This document shows, one piece after another, positions 38,895 through 51,250 of a stretch of DNA of 64,000 nucleotides. A program made the translations under genes and the position numbers. Source of the stretch: Ministeria vibrans ATCC 50519. Lineage: Eukaryota; Protista; Filasterea. The notes beneath the pieces were generated by a model. It did not search any database. It was not told the DNA's origin and saw only the letters and a list, made by a program, of their open reading frames with translations. Numbering within the stretch: the first letter of the stretch is position 1; the number at the start of each line of letters is the position of its first letter. The stretch is from positions 1-64,000 of the forward strand of contig CALSCP010001656.1 of the NCBI GenBank assembly GCA_943704425.1. Reading direction: 5' to 3'.

Positions 38895-41822
38895 ATGAAT
38901 AGATACGAAGTTCGTGAGGTGTTGGGTGACGGCTCGTTTGGTTCGGTGCTCAAAGTAAGCCTCTCTCACACTCTCTCTGTGTGTGTGTGTGTTGAATCGT
39001 GTCTTGTTAACAAGATATCGCATGTAGTCGTCATAGCATAGCTTGCTACTGTGCCATGGCGCACGCAAGCGCTCTATTTAAGCACAAAACGCAACTTGTT
39101 TGTATTGTTGCTTCGTAACTTTCCCTCGCAACGACGTTAACGCCCCAGCGGCACGCTCTATTCCTTACAACCTGCGCTGTCCGTTCTGTGACTCTCCCAT
39201 CTTGTTCCCTAGAGCCCAGTAGACTCGGCTCGGTCGCCTTTATCGCTTTAGTCGCCATCTCAATATTTCGATGCTGTGTTAATTTTGAATTATGCCAATA
39301 TCTGTCAAAACTTGAAGTGACTCGGTTTTATAACTATAGGCACGCTGTAAAAAGACCAACGAGATAGTGGCTGTAAAAAAGGTACGCACAGAGTGAGAGA
39401 GTGCGCGAGAGAATCAGAGAAAGAGACAAGGTTAAGAGAAGGGACAAAAGATTTTATGGTGCATTGATCAGAGCACACTAATTATAACTATAATTATAAT
39501 AATAATAATAATAAAATAATTATTATTACGTCTTTTGATATACTATAATTATAATTATATATATATATATATACAGATGAAACAAAAGTTCTACAGTTGG
39601 GAAGAGTGTCTCAAACTGAGAGAAGTGACGTCGCTCAAGAAACTGAATCATGCCAACATTGTCAAACTGAAAGAGGTATGGGCAACACTCGATGTCACAC
39701 GCGAAAGGTAAAGGGTCTTTTTGAATATAGGTGATTCGGGACCATGACGAACTACATTTCATCTTTGAGTACATGGAGGAGAATCTGTACCAACGCATCA
39801 AGGACCGCAAGGAACTCTTTGGCAACAAGGACGTGCGCAACATGGTCTTCCAAGTGTTCCAGGGCCTCTCCTTCATGCACAAACACGGTTTCTTCCATCG
39901 CGATCTCAAGCCGGAGAATCTTCTGTGCACCGGTGACACTGTAAAACTGGCCGACTTTGGCCTGGCGCGGGAAACACGCTCGCTTCCACCCTACACCGAG
40001 TACGTGAGCACGCGGTGGTACCGGGCGCCCGAGATCCTCTTGCGCTCCACCAACTACAACTCGCCCATCGATATCTGGGCCATGGCGGCCATCATGGCCG
40101 AGCTGTGCTCTCTCACCGCCCTTTTCCCTGGCTCCTCCGAGGTACGTATATAATAATATTATTATAATAATATTTAATAAAATAATTCGAAGAAGAAGAA
40201 TACAACCCATTTTTATTAAAGGGGATCGATACTCAGTGTCAATTGTCACGCAAAACTCTAACAAAATTTATTATACTTAATACGTCTTATTAGAATAATA
40301 ATATAATTATTACGCTCACTTTTTCTAGTTGGATCAACTGTATAAGATTGTGACAGTGCTGGGCACTCCAAACAAGAGCGAATGGCCCGACGGAATCCGC
40401 CTTGCTGAAGACATGCGCTTTCACTGGCCCAAAGCCACAAAGACCCCTCTCGAGTCTCTTGTAAGGCAAAAAGTCCGCAAAAAGCACGTTATTATATGTT
40501 CATCATAATTATCATTGTGACTGAGCTTGCTACACTTATAGGTGCCATCAGCGTCGCCCGCTGCGCTCTCCTTGCTCTCCGACATGCTGCAATACGACCC
40601 CTCTAAACGTCCCACTGCCTCACAGTGTCTTCAGCACGAATACTTTCGCGTCGGCCCGTCCCTTCCCACCATTACGTCTCCAAGCACCTCGAGCTCTACT
40701 CGCGCACCCCCCACCAAACGTAAGCACACCGATCTCACCAGCCCTGTTCCAGCCAAGCCAGTCCAACAGCTCGTAAGCCAGCCCAAGGTCCCGCCTGTGC
40801 TCTCTCCCCCCGCCGCTGCTCTCCCAGCCGTCTCCGCCTCTCTTGGTGACGACGAGTTTGACTTTCTCATGAACAACATTGAGCAAAGCGCTGTCCTACC
40901 TCCCATCAGCGCGCCTCATGTAGACCCCTTGCCCAGTCCGGATCCATCAGCATCAAAATCCACTAGACCTGTCGTACCGTCGTCGCAACCCGAGCCCTTC
41001 TCACCAGTCGCAGGTGTGCGGCGCAGCAGTGGCTCAGGAACCCTCGACGGCACTCGCCAAGAGTCCCACGAGTCATCGGGTCCTCGAAAGTCACAGCGCA
41101 TTGCCCGTGAGAGTTCACTTCCCACATCGACCAACATCAACCAATTGCAAGCCAGTCCTACTACTACTTCTACTACCACTACTACTACTACTAAATCTGC
41201 GACTACTACTCGTCCATCCAACAAGAAGACTCCACTCAAGGCGTCCACCTCCGACCTTGATCTACTCGAACAGGCCCTGGCCGAGTTTGACGATGACTTT
41301 GCGTCAACGCCCGTTGTCCCGTCCCCTCAGCCCTCAAAATCAGTTCTTCCGTACGTCCCCACCTTTTTTTTTCTCATCTCAACTCTTCTTCTTTACTCTT
41401 CTTCTTTCTAATGGGTTGTATTCTTCTTCTTCTTCTTCTTCTTTCTAATGGTTTTTGTCGTCTCGTGTAGTCGGGCGCGCAAACAAACGACACCCACTAA
41501 ACACGCGAGTGGAAGCACACACAGTGGCTCGCTCACCAATCTCGCCCACCGCTCTGGCTCCAGTGGCTCTCGCTCCAACCTTTTTGCGGGCCGTCGCTCC
41601 TCCATCACTCCTACACGATCACCCCTCTATCGCACTGGCTCCTCTGCCTCTGCCTCGTCCCTCACCACCACTGCAACCCTCCCTTCCACTACCACCGCCA
41701 TTGCTCCTGCTCCACCACCACCCACCACCAACACCGCGACTACTCCTCCACTCTCATTGCCTCCCTGGAACGCACCTCCCACCTCCAGCGTCGCTTCCAA
41801 ATACGCCCATCCTCGCTTGTAG
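38895..41822 (+). CDS. MAK: MAK/ICK (RCK family) ciliary Ser/Thr kinase
   Basis: [47 protein letters not shown] and [16 protein letters not shown] (TxY activation loop), with a long Ser/Pro-rich tail; multi-exon. Confidence 0.93.
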
Positions 41823-41899
41823 CTGTCATGCAATCACGTTAACCATTGTTGTAAAATAAAAATTTTAATACACTGAACTCTTCAACTCTCTTTTTTTGG

Positions 41900-43134
41900 T
41901 CATTGACGCATTTTCTCGTGAGCATTTCGGCGCTCGCGCTCACACTCCTCGTGATACATCTTCTTGTTGGCACACACAATGCGACCCGACAATTCGCCGT
42001 TCGCCGTAATCACATTGAAGCACTTGGCACAACGCGGCCCTGCATACCGGTCATAGCATTCCTCGTGGTAGTTCTTACCCTCATACGTGCCCCACCGCCC
42101 CGAGTACCCCTGTGACGCATCCGCGAGCAGTGGCGTGCAGCAGTATGAGCATTTAGGGACCATCTTGCGCGCGTAACACTCGCTGTGATAGTATGTGCGT
42201 CCCTCCTGACACGCATTTCCACTGAAGCCCCTATGACGAATGGAAGAGGAAGAAGAAGTTTTATAAATTTAAAGAGAAAACAGATTGGGTCCCCCTGCTC
42301 AAGAATTCGATAATTGAATTCAATCCATTTAATGAAGAATGAAAGAATCAGAATCAAGTGCGGAAAGCTCCACGTCGAAGTTATATAATCGCTTACTTGA
42401 GTTTATCACACTCGATGCGTTCGAGACATCGACCACAAATAGGTGGATCGTCCACGTCCACTGACGTCGCTGGCCAGTGATCATAGGAGTAGACCGGCTT
42501 CTCCGAGTAGGGTGGTGGCTGTGAATCGTCGAGAGGCGGAAGACCCGGCTCGTCGGGTGCCTTGACGCTCTTCGCCGTGTACTGTGGTGGCGCCGTCTCC
42601 ACGCCTGCCCCGGTGTATGGTCGATACGGCGGCAGGGAGTCTTCGCTCATGCTGGCCATGGGCGCACTCGCAAGCGCGGCCGTTGCCGGGGACGCCCGTC
42701 GCAATCCTGCGCCCCTACGTGCACACACAGTACTTTTAGCGTTCGCGTCGAGTGTCGGATTTCCGCCATACGTTGCGATCGACACGCCACCGATATCCGT
42801 GATGTCTCGCTCGGCAAGGGGTTTGCACGAAAGCGCGCGCTCTCGTTCGGCCCGAGCCTCCTACAAGTTCAAAGGTTGAGTTTCCTTTTTTCTCTCACTT
42901 TTCTCTTGTTTTCTCAAAAACATTGGCTCTTGTTTTCGTTACACGCGCGCGCTTCTCTTGGGCAAGACGTGCAGCATTGAGCAAATCTTCTTGCTCACGA
43001 CAAATGCGCCTTTGTCGATCGCGTTCTTCACGCTCGCGCTTTTCGGCGTCAGCCTTCTCCTTGGCCAAACGGAGGCGCTCTTGATCAGCCGCCTGTCGAG
43101 CCAGGCGTTCGCGGTGTTCTTCTTCAGGGTCCAT
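41900..43134 (-). CDS. Charged coiled coil + PPxY motifs + three C-x2-C...H-x2-C (LIM-like single) zinc fingers
   Basis: Exons 43134-42942, 42860-~42399 and ~42231-41900 splice in frame. Fingers are CGRC..YHSEC, CSYC..YHEEC and CAKC..YHEEC. Confidence 0.7.
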
Positions 43135-43236
43135 CTTCAAAGAAGAAAATATTTGAAGGTGAATTTTATTGGTGATGTGATGATTCAATAAATTTAATAA
43201 TTATTATTGTGTTATTATTATTATTATTATTCTTTT

Positions 43237-45628
43237 ATGTCTTCGGCTGAACTATTGAAAGATTCCCACACAGTGGATGCCAGCTCAACTGGTTCGAGAG
43301 AGCCGACTTCCTCTGGTGATGGTTGCGCCGAATGGTGCGGACCACAGGTCGCAAGAGCGATGGAAACGATCGGGCACTCTTGCACTCTCTGTTGCTCTGC
43401 CACAAGTGCCACATGCTCGTCGTGTGGTTCGTCTCTTGCCGAGCATGCCGCTGACCTCCTTTATGGGTGTAAGCGGTGCGGCCGTGGCATGGCAACCGCC
43501 TCAAAACGTGCCAAAAATGCCTGTGTCGCCTGTCTTCCTCGTCTCGCCAACTACCTGCGTTTACACCATGTCGAACTCTCAGACTCGGTCGACCGAGACT
43601 CTTCACAACTCAAGGGTGCCTTCTATCGTTCTAGCGACCCCCATGAGAACTTTGTACGCGTGAACTTTTGAGAAAGGAAAAAGAAAAGAAAAGAGAGGGA
43701 CACACACGACGCTGATTGACGGGTGCGACTGTTTGTAGGCGATTCGAGTTGTGCTCAGACGCGTCACTGCACGTCGCCCTGCGCCTGCAGTACGTGCCGC
43801 CGTCAAAGCAGGACAACAAGAGAGCGACGCATTTGAAATGCAAGAGATTGTTGCCGAGGCTGTGGCGTCACGAGCGGCACAGGTGCCAGAGCAGGCCGTG
43901 GAGCGAGTGTTTCGTTGGCAAGAAAAGGTCTTCTCCCAGGCGGAAGTTGCTCGACTGCGCAATCCTGCCTTCTGCTTCACGCCCCAAGAGCACAAGTATC
44001 ACCAAAAAATTCGTCAGCGTGAACAGCAAGCCGCTGCCATGGCAGGTGTGCATCAGGGGGGAAGCTCTGACACGAGCGGTGAGTTTGTCTACTCGGACGT
44101 CCACGAAGACACCTTCACCGACACCTACGAACGTCTCTATCGCGTGGTCGACTCGGACGACGCGCTTTCCGAACGTCTTGTCAACGACATTGTTCAGGGA
44201 CGCCGTGCCACAAGCAGCATGAACAGCGCTAACATGAGCAGCAACGTGAACGCTTTTGGTCAGTCCGCCTGGCGACACACGCAAGCACCCGTAGTGCCTA
44301 AAGCGGATCGCTTTGCTTCTTCCGTGTCTCATCGCTCCATGCTTATTCGTGCGGCAGTGGTCAGTGCTAGTAATTCGGCATTCGAGCAAGAGGACTACAC
44401 TAATGATACGCCGTCCGCTCATGATCAATATGCACCACTTGACCGACTCAGCAGGAGTGATGACGATCAGGTGCTTGTGTATGCGACGCTTGACGACGCA
44501 GGCGTGCTCTACATCCGTCCCGACTTTAGTGCACCTCATGCGGCCCCGTACCGCTTTACTACGGCGTCGCACGATGTGTACGAGTATCGCATTGAGAACG
44601 CCTCCAAGGCACCCTCGTCGGACGCTCTCCGAGTCGAAGAGTGCGCACTGCACGATCTCTACCGGCGCCACTGGACGCATGTGCAGCGGGCGGTTGGCAT
44701 GGACTTTGCTGCGCCCCCACCAAAGCAGGTGAGACGTGTCCATGTGCTCGGAGAGCTCGTGGGCGCACGGTGTTTTGAACGAGACAATCTCATGGTGCAC
44801 TACCATGTGGACTTGCCACGGGGCTGGACTGTGCTCGAGGGGGCTCGCACCGTGCTCTCGGGTGTCACGCATGTCAGTCGAGTGCGTGCCACGTCAAACC
44901 GAGAACGAGAGCGTGTCAGCAACTCCTACACCCAACACCGCGTTGCACACTTTGCAATGCCCTTTGAGTTTGACCTGGAACAGCTGCAGAGTGATGACGA
45001 TGCTGATCTAAATATTGATCATGATCTTGAAAGCTCTCGTGGCGCGCCACAGGAACACCCACGCGTGTACTTACAAGTGTCGTCGCTGGACACATGGGAC
45101 CGCTTCTCCGTCGAGGGCTACGGCTATGTGGATGTGCCCGCTCAGCCCGGACGTACCCAGCATGCCATTGCAACATGGAGACCGCTGGCGTCGCTGTCGA
45201 GTCAAGTGCGACGCTTCTTCATTGGCTCCGCGCCCGAACTCGACGACATCCGCTTCACAGCACCGCGCACCACATTGGAGCACTCTACTCCCAGTAGCGC
45301 TAGCAGCAGCACACACACGGCCGCAAGCAAGTTTGGTCTGCGCACCCAATCCTCGGGCATAGTAGACGTCCGTTTCAACGTCATCCACCATCACCATGAC
45401 CAGGAGCGCGCCGACGCGTGTCGCCCATGTGATTCCTCCTCGAGCACACAACCAGCACGTCGCCCCTCCATCCCTCTTGCTCTACCGCACTCCCGCCCGC
45501 CTTCACTGCCCACCTCCATTGGTGCGTCCATGTACCAGAGCACTGCGTCTGTCCTTGATGCCTTTGCTCGTGCTCGTCGTCGTCTCGCCGAGCAACGCGC
45601 CTCCATGCGCTCCGAGAGTCACGTTTGA
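43237..45628 (+). CDS. MKS1: Meckel syndrome type 1 protein (B9/C2 domain, ciliary transition zone)
   Basis: GAFYRSSDPHENF-AIRVVLRRV, FRWQEKVFSQAE, LYIRPDF, and a B9 domain (HVLGELVGARCFERDNL, LSGVTH, VSSLDTWDRFSVEGYGY, TWRP, RRFFIGSAPELDD). Start is 43237 or 43489. Confidence 0.9.
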
Positions 45629-45668
45629 GTCGCAAACGATGCGTTTGGGTTGACAATTGTTTAATATA

Positions 45669-45989
45669 TAATAAATGGGTTGTATTCTTCTTCTTCTAAT
45701 ATATAATAATAATAATAGGAAAAATAAATAGACAATCAAGAGCTGTACTCAATGTCAAAACAAAACTATATAAAAAACAAAGAGCAGCACAATACTTCCG
45801 TCGTAGACTTCCAGACGAGAGAAAGAAGCCCATAGACCCACTGATACACCCATAAAAAGAACGTGCGGAGGCACAGGTAGACCCTGTACACAGCAGTCTC
45901 TAGTCCCACCAGTGGGGCAAACTGCGGCGCTCTTGCTCGTTAATAATAATAATAATAAGAAGAAGAAGAAGAATACAACCCATTTATTA
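45669..45989. repeat. 321-bp segment bounded by a perfect 29-bp inverted repeat (MITE-like candidate)
   Basis: TAATAAATGGGTTGTATTCTTCTTCTTCT (45669-45697) is the exact reverse complement of AGAAGAAGAAGAATACAACCCATTTATTA (45961-45989). Confidence 0.6.
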
Positions 45990-45993
45990 AATG

Positions 45994-46073
<80 letters not shown>

Positions 46074-46145
46074 TTCTTTTGCTTGTATTGTCAAACGAGG
46101 ACTAAGATCATTACATAATTAAGAAAGAGAGAGGGGGGGGAAAAA

Positions 46146-47604
46146 TCAGAGAGAGGATTGGTCGGAATCAGGCAAGTCGGTCGACGCGGAGGAAGACATG
46201 GGAACAAGCACAACGTTTTGCTCGGGGGTGGCATTGGTGGGGGAATCGGGGACGGAGGGCGGGGTGTATGTGGATGCTGATGCTGAAGAGAGTGTGTTTG
46301 ACCTACTGGACGCGGTTGGAGTGGGTTCTGCTGCTGCTGCTGCTGCTGCTGCTGTTGGCGTAGAGGTCGTGGTGCTGGTGCTAAGGAGAGGCGTGCGTTC
46401 GGAGGAGGTGGAGGAAGAGGAGGAACCCTCAAGGGGCTGGGACACGTCGTGCTTGCAAGTGGGGCATGTTCGACGGCGGGTAACAAGCCAGGGATCAATG
46501 CATGTCTTGTGAAAGGTGTGCTGGCAGGGAAGACGGCGCAGTTCGTCGCCGGTGACATAGTCGTCGAGGCAGATGGTGCACTGCGTGCAGACAAAGGTGG
46601 GACGGGACGGGCTGGCAAGAGGCGTGACCAACGGTATCGTTTGCGTGTCGTTGCCGTCGCCGTCATCGCTCACCTCCCGTTCGCCGCTGTTGATCACGTT
46701 GCCATTGTTGCCGCCCAGCAGACTCGACGACTCGTTGCTCTCCTTGTAAAACTCAATGGGTAGGTTGATTTCGACCTCTTCTTCGGTCATGCGCGCCTGA
46801 CGCTGCGCTCGTCGATGGAAGCGGTTTCGATAGATGACGTAGGTTCCCAGCACACACATGCTGACGCCCATGACGACAATGAAAGGCAACACAAAGGAGG
46901 GCCAGGGCGTGAACCAACGACCGTTGTTATCGACGAGCGCCATATCACCCGCCAACGTGCGCAACAATTCGCCGTCGGGCAACTCAATGAACACCGATGG
47001 AATGTTGCCACCCGTACCGCCCATACGCACCATACCAGTGTTCTTGTTGTTGTACACAATGCACACGCCGGCACCCGCATTAAACGCTTGCTGAACTTTC
47101 TCATCAAACTCACAGTTGCCTCGTTCAACCAGCACAATAAGGGGCCAGTTGCCCGTGCCCGTCGTATTCAGTGTGTAAGGTGCACACCCATCGTAGGGTG
47201 CTGGCGAGTCGACAAGAATTCCCTCGATGCCTGCAGGAGAGCAAGAAGAGAGAGGGAGAGAGGGGAGAGAGAGGAGAGTTGAGATGACAGGATGTCTCGA
47301 GCAGGTGAGCGCATGCTGAGCACTCCTGAGGTCAATTGGCGAGACATGGTTCGCGGGAGTTGACGCAAGTAAGTGTCATTGTAACGTGTGCCATACAGCA
47401 GAGACTGCTGGTGCGTGTTGGCGCGAGATGGGCCCAACAAAGAAAACAACAAAAAGATAAGATATTAACGTCAATTTGTCTGTTGAGGTGTTAAGGCGTC
47501 GAAGAGAGGCGATCCCAGTGCGATGCTGCGTGCAGAGTGCGCTCTGCTTCCACAGGCGACATGTAAGTAGAGTAACGGGGATTGACAGAGAAGACAGAAA
47601 ATCG

Positions 47605-47645
<41 letters not shown>

Positions 47646-47882
47646 CTTCTTTTTTAAGTATACCATTCTGCGGCAATGGAGGGCCAAACGAGGCAGGCCA
47701 GGAGGCAACTGTAACAGTCATGTTACCCTGTCGGTTGTGAAGGAAGGCGGGGAGTGAGTCAGTGCGACACTCGTTCGCTTTCGCGACGTTTCTGTGTGTA
47801 CGCTGTAGACGGACACGGTAGCGGTGGCTGGCGCGCATGCGAGCACGAAGAATGCAACCAGGGTGGCCAGTAAAGTTCGCAT
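46146..47882 (-). CDS. RNF13: PA-TM-RING-H2 E3 ligase (RNF13/RNF167-like)
   Basis: Signal peptide [29 protein letters not shown] domain [14 protein letters not shown], a TM helix, and RING-H2 CTICLDDY...[16 protein letters not shown]...CPTCK. Confidence 0.88.
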
Positions 47883-48118
47883 GGTGTATTGAGAGAGAGA
47901 AAAATAATAGTCATAGGGATTTGAAGTTCAATCTACTTCCTTCAACCTTCCACAAACCAAAGTTCACACACACACAGATCAGAGCAAAAAAAAAATGACA
48001 CGTTGAGATGCTTTGTGCGACTGTGACTGTGTGACTAATGCCACTATTGTGATTTGTGGGCCTGACAGTCTGCGACTATCTTGGTATTTGATATTGAACA
48101 TAATAAATTTTCATTTCG

Positions 48119-48584
48119 TCAAGGGTGACGAGAGGGCACAAGAAGATCATCAGTGTGCTCGAGCAGTTTGCAAATAGACGCAGAAGCAACAGAGAGTGTG
48201 TACTGGCAGGTGGCGGGCTCATCATAGTGCATAGACACAGCAGACTATAAAGAGAGAAAAAGAGAGAAAGAGTGTGTGTGTGTGTGTGTCACGTACAAGA
48301 ATCGAGAGTGCTTGAAAGAAAAAGAGAGGAGAAGGACAAGGACAAGGAAAAAGAAGAAAGAAGAAGAAGAAGAAAGGAACAAAATAGAGAGAGGAGGGAG
48401 AGAAAAACAAAAGAGAGAGCGATGTGTGGGTTCGTACGCCTGACATGGACGCATCGCAACGCAGAATGAGATCCGTCACACGCGCCTTTCCTGTCTCCTC
48501 ACAGAAATCCCCATTGGCATATCGAAGGTACACCTAAAAGTAATATCAATTACGCGCTCCGTCTCTCTCTCTCTCTCTCCATCA

Positions 48585-48672
<88 letters not shown>

Positions 48673-50897
48673 GTCTGTCTTTCTCTCTATCACTGTGTTT
48701 TTTTCTCTCTCTCTGTCTCTCTCTGTCTCTCTTTTTATCACTTTGTTTTTCTCTCTCTCTCTTTCTCTCACTTTGTATTTTTTCTCTCTGTCTCTCTCTC
48801 TTTGTCTCTCTCTCTCTGTCTCTCTCTCTCTGTCTCTCTGCCTCTCTCTGTCTCTGTCTCTGTCTCTGTCTCTCTGTCTTTTGTTTCTTACCCGATCTTT
48901 TCGCTGGCTTCTCAGCTTTTCTTTACGACTATCTGACAATGACTAAAGCAAGCAAAAAAAAAAGTGAATTGAGAAAAGAGCAGGGGCGATTGAAAAAAGG
49001 GTACGTAAAACCAGCCCATATGGTCATTGTAATCCCAACGGCCAAGCACAAGCGAAGTGGTCTGGTCGGGTTTCTAAGCAAAGCACATAGTATATAGTCA
49101 GTACACACAGATACACAAGTGAGCTCCCTTACTCCGTCGGCATGCGTGAGTCCCGGACGGGCATAGTGCACTTGCTTGATAGTCTTGTCATAGCACAGCT
49201 CATACGCCCACCACCCAGAACTCCCCTAAGTTGTGCATCAATCAGTATCCACACGTAGAATTATATAAACACCCAGAAAGAGTCTAGCTCGTACCCCTGG
49301 AATGCACTTGTCGGTGAACATGTTGAATGCCTCCTGTGTGGTCCACGAGCGTGTCCCCCCATGCCCTGCCCCACCCACGGCCGGTGGCACCCGGAGCGGC
49401 TGCATCAATTGGTCTCGACTTTCTCCTCCTCCCTTCTTCACTGCCTGTTGTTGTTGTTGCTGTTGTTGTTGTTGCTGTTGTTGTTGTTGAGCCTTCTGTT
49501 GTTGCTTCTGATTCTGCAGTTGCTGCTGATGGCGGATCTTGTCCAGCTGTTGTTGCTGCTGCTGCGCACGCACCACATTCTGTGCATGTTGTGCCTGTGC
49601 TTCCTTCTGCTTGCGCGTCGCTTCGTCCTCCTCTGTCGTTGTCTTGGGCTGCTGCTTTGCATTCGCCTTGAGTGCATTCTCCTTTGCCTACGCAACTCAG
49701 CTGCATTCGAAAACACATACACATATAGAATGGTTCCCGTACCTTTTTAGTCGCTTCCTTTGCAGCATTGTCGGCCTTGCTCTGCTCGTGAGCATAGTGG
49801 CGGCCTAGCCAGCTGAACTGGGACACTGGCATGGACGCCGGCTGAGGCGGGTCGCTGGCCGAGCGTACTCCGACTGCGCGACACAGCATTTCGTGCACGG
49901 GCGTCTTGCGCACTTGATAGCGTACATTTTGACAGAGTGCATTGGTCGCGATCACCGCAAGGTAGTTGCATGTGGACACTTCGTCGATGGAGACGAGCGC
50001 GTGGGGCGAGCCCGCAAGACAAATGTAGCGTACTTCCGTCGTGCGTGTCTGGCCTGAAAGATCACAGGTGGTTCCGTCGCGGTACAGCACGCTGTGGTAC
50101 GGGTGCATTTCGCCGTCATAGTCGACCTCTGGCAAAGGAATTGCATCCGCATCGTCGTCCGTGGCACCAGCATTGGCACCGGCCGTATCGTCCAATGTTG
50201 TTTCGGCAACAAAGTGTCCCAGAAAGTACTCGCTCTCAGGCTTAAAGCTCTGGTCCGTCGTCTGCTTGCGTCGCTTCTTCCCTTCGTGGTACTGGCGCAC
50301 ATGCTTCTCGTGACAGTATTCATACGACCAGTATTGCTACAGGAGGAGCGCAATGCCTCCGTGTCAGACTGACTGACTGTCGTGTCGTGTCATCTCTGTG
50401 GATTGTCTTACGTCAAATCGATAGAGACACTGCGACCCAATCCGTCTCAAAAGAGTCTCTGGGCTGACATCGACGGTGGACGGGGACGGGGCGGCCTTGG
50501 CTTTGCTGCGTGCGTCGTCGTCGAGCGGCACAAAACACTCGTACTCTTCGCCCGTGGCAAACGCCAAGGGAACCGCGTCTGCGTAGTGCTCGGCGCGGAA
50601 ATCATCCGTGGGCTTGATGAACTTGATGTCAAACAGCACGCTGTCGTCGAGGGCGTCCTGCAGAGCAAGTGGCGGTCAAGACAAAGAGACCAAGGAAAAA
50701 AAAAAAAGAAAAAAGGACATCTCTCGACGAAAAAGCAAAACGGAAGAAGAGAAGGGTCGACCAAAAGAACACCCATACGCCAGTGTGTGGGTGTGGGGTA
50801 TGAAGAGCGGGGAGCGTACGTGGAAGCCGTTCACAACCGAGAGGATGTTGGCAAGAAACGCGATCAGAGGCACAACGGCGATCCTCTGCCGCACCAT
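48119..50897 (-). CDS. ERLEC1: ER lectin ERLEC1/XTP3-B (OS-9 family) with two MRH domains
   Basis: Signal peptide. MRH1: YWSYEYCHEKHVRQYH...DGTTCDLSGQTRTTEVRYIC...EVSTCNY. MRH2: GWWAYELCYDK...YANGDFCEETGKARVT...EPATCQY. A poly-Q linker lies between them. Confidence 0.88.
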
Positions 50898-51250
50898 CTC
50901 CCCAGATCTATATACACTAAGCGACAAGTGACAAGACGTTACACGTCCGAAAATAAATGATTAAAATTAAAATTAAAAGAAGAAGAATAATGACACAGTC
51001 ACCACGCGAAGACACAGCCAGACCGCCTTGCAAACTCAACCGATACTCTAGAGGTAGCATGGGAGAGCAGAGGCAGGTCAGATTGCCGTGTCGTTGCTGT
51101 CCAGTGAGGCAGTCGCAAGGAATAATGATTAGAAGAAGACAAGATTGAACTCATTGAAGAAGAACATTGAACACTAATGACTAAAGTCTAAAGTCTAAAC
51201 AGTTTCTTTTTATTTGTCGTGCCCTTTCACTTTCTTTTCTCGCGTGAGGT

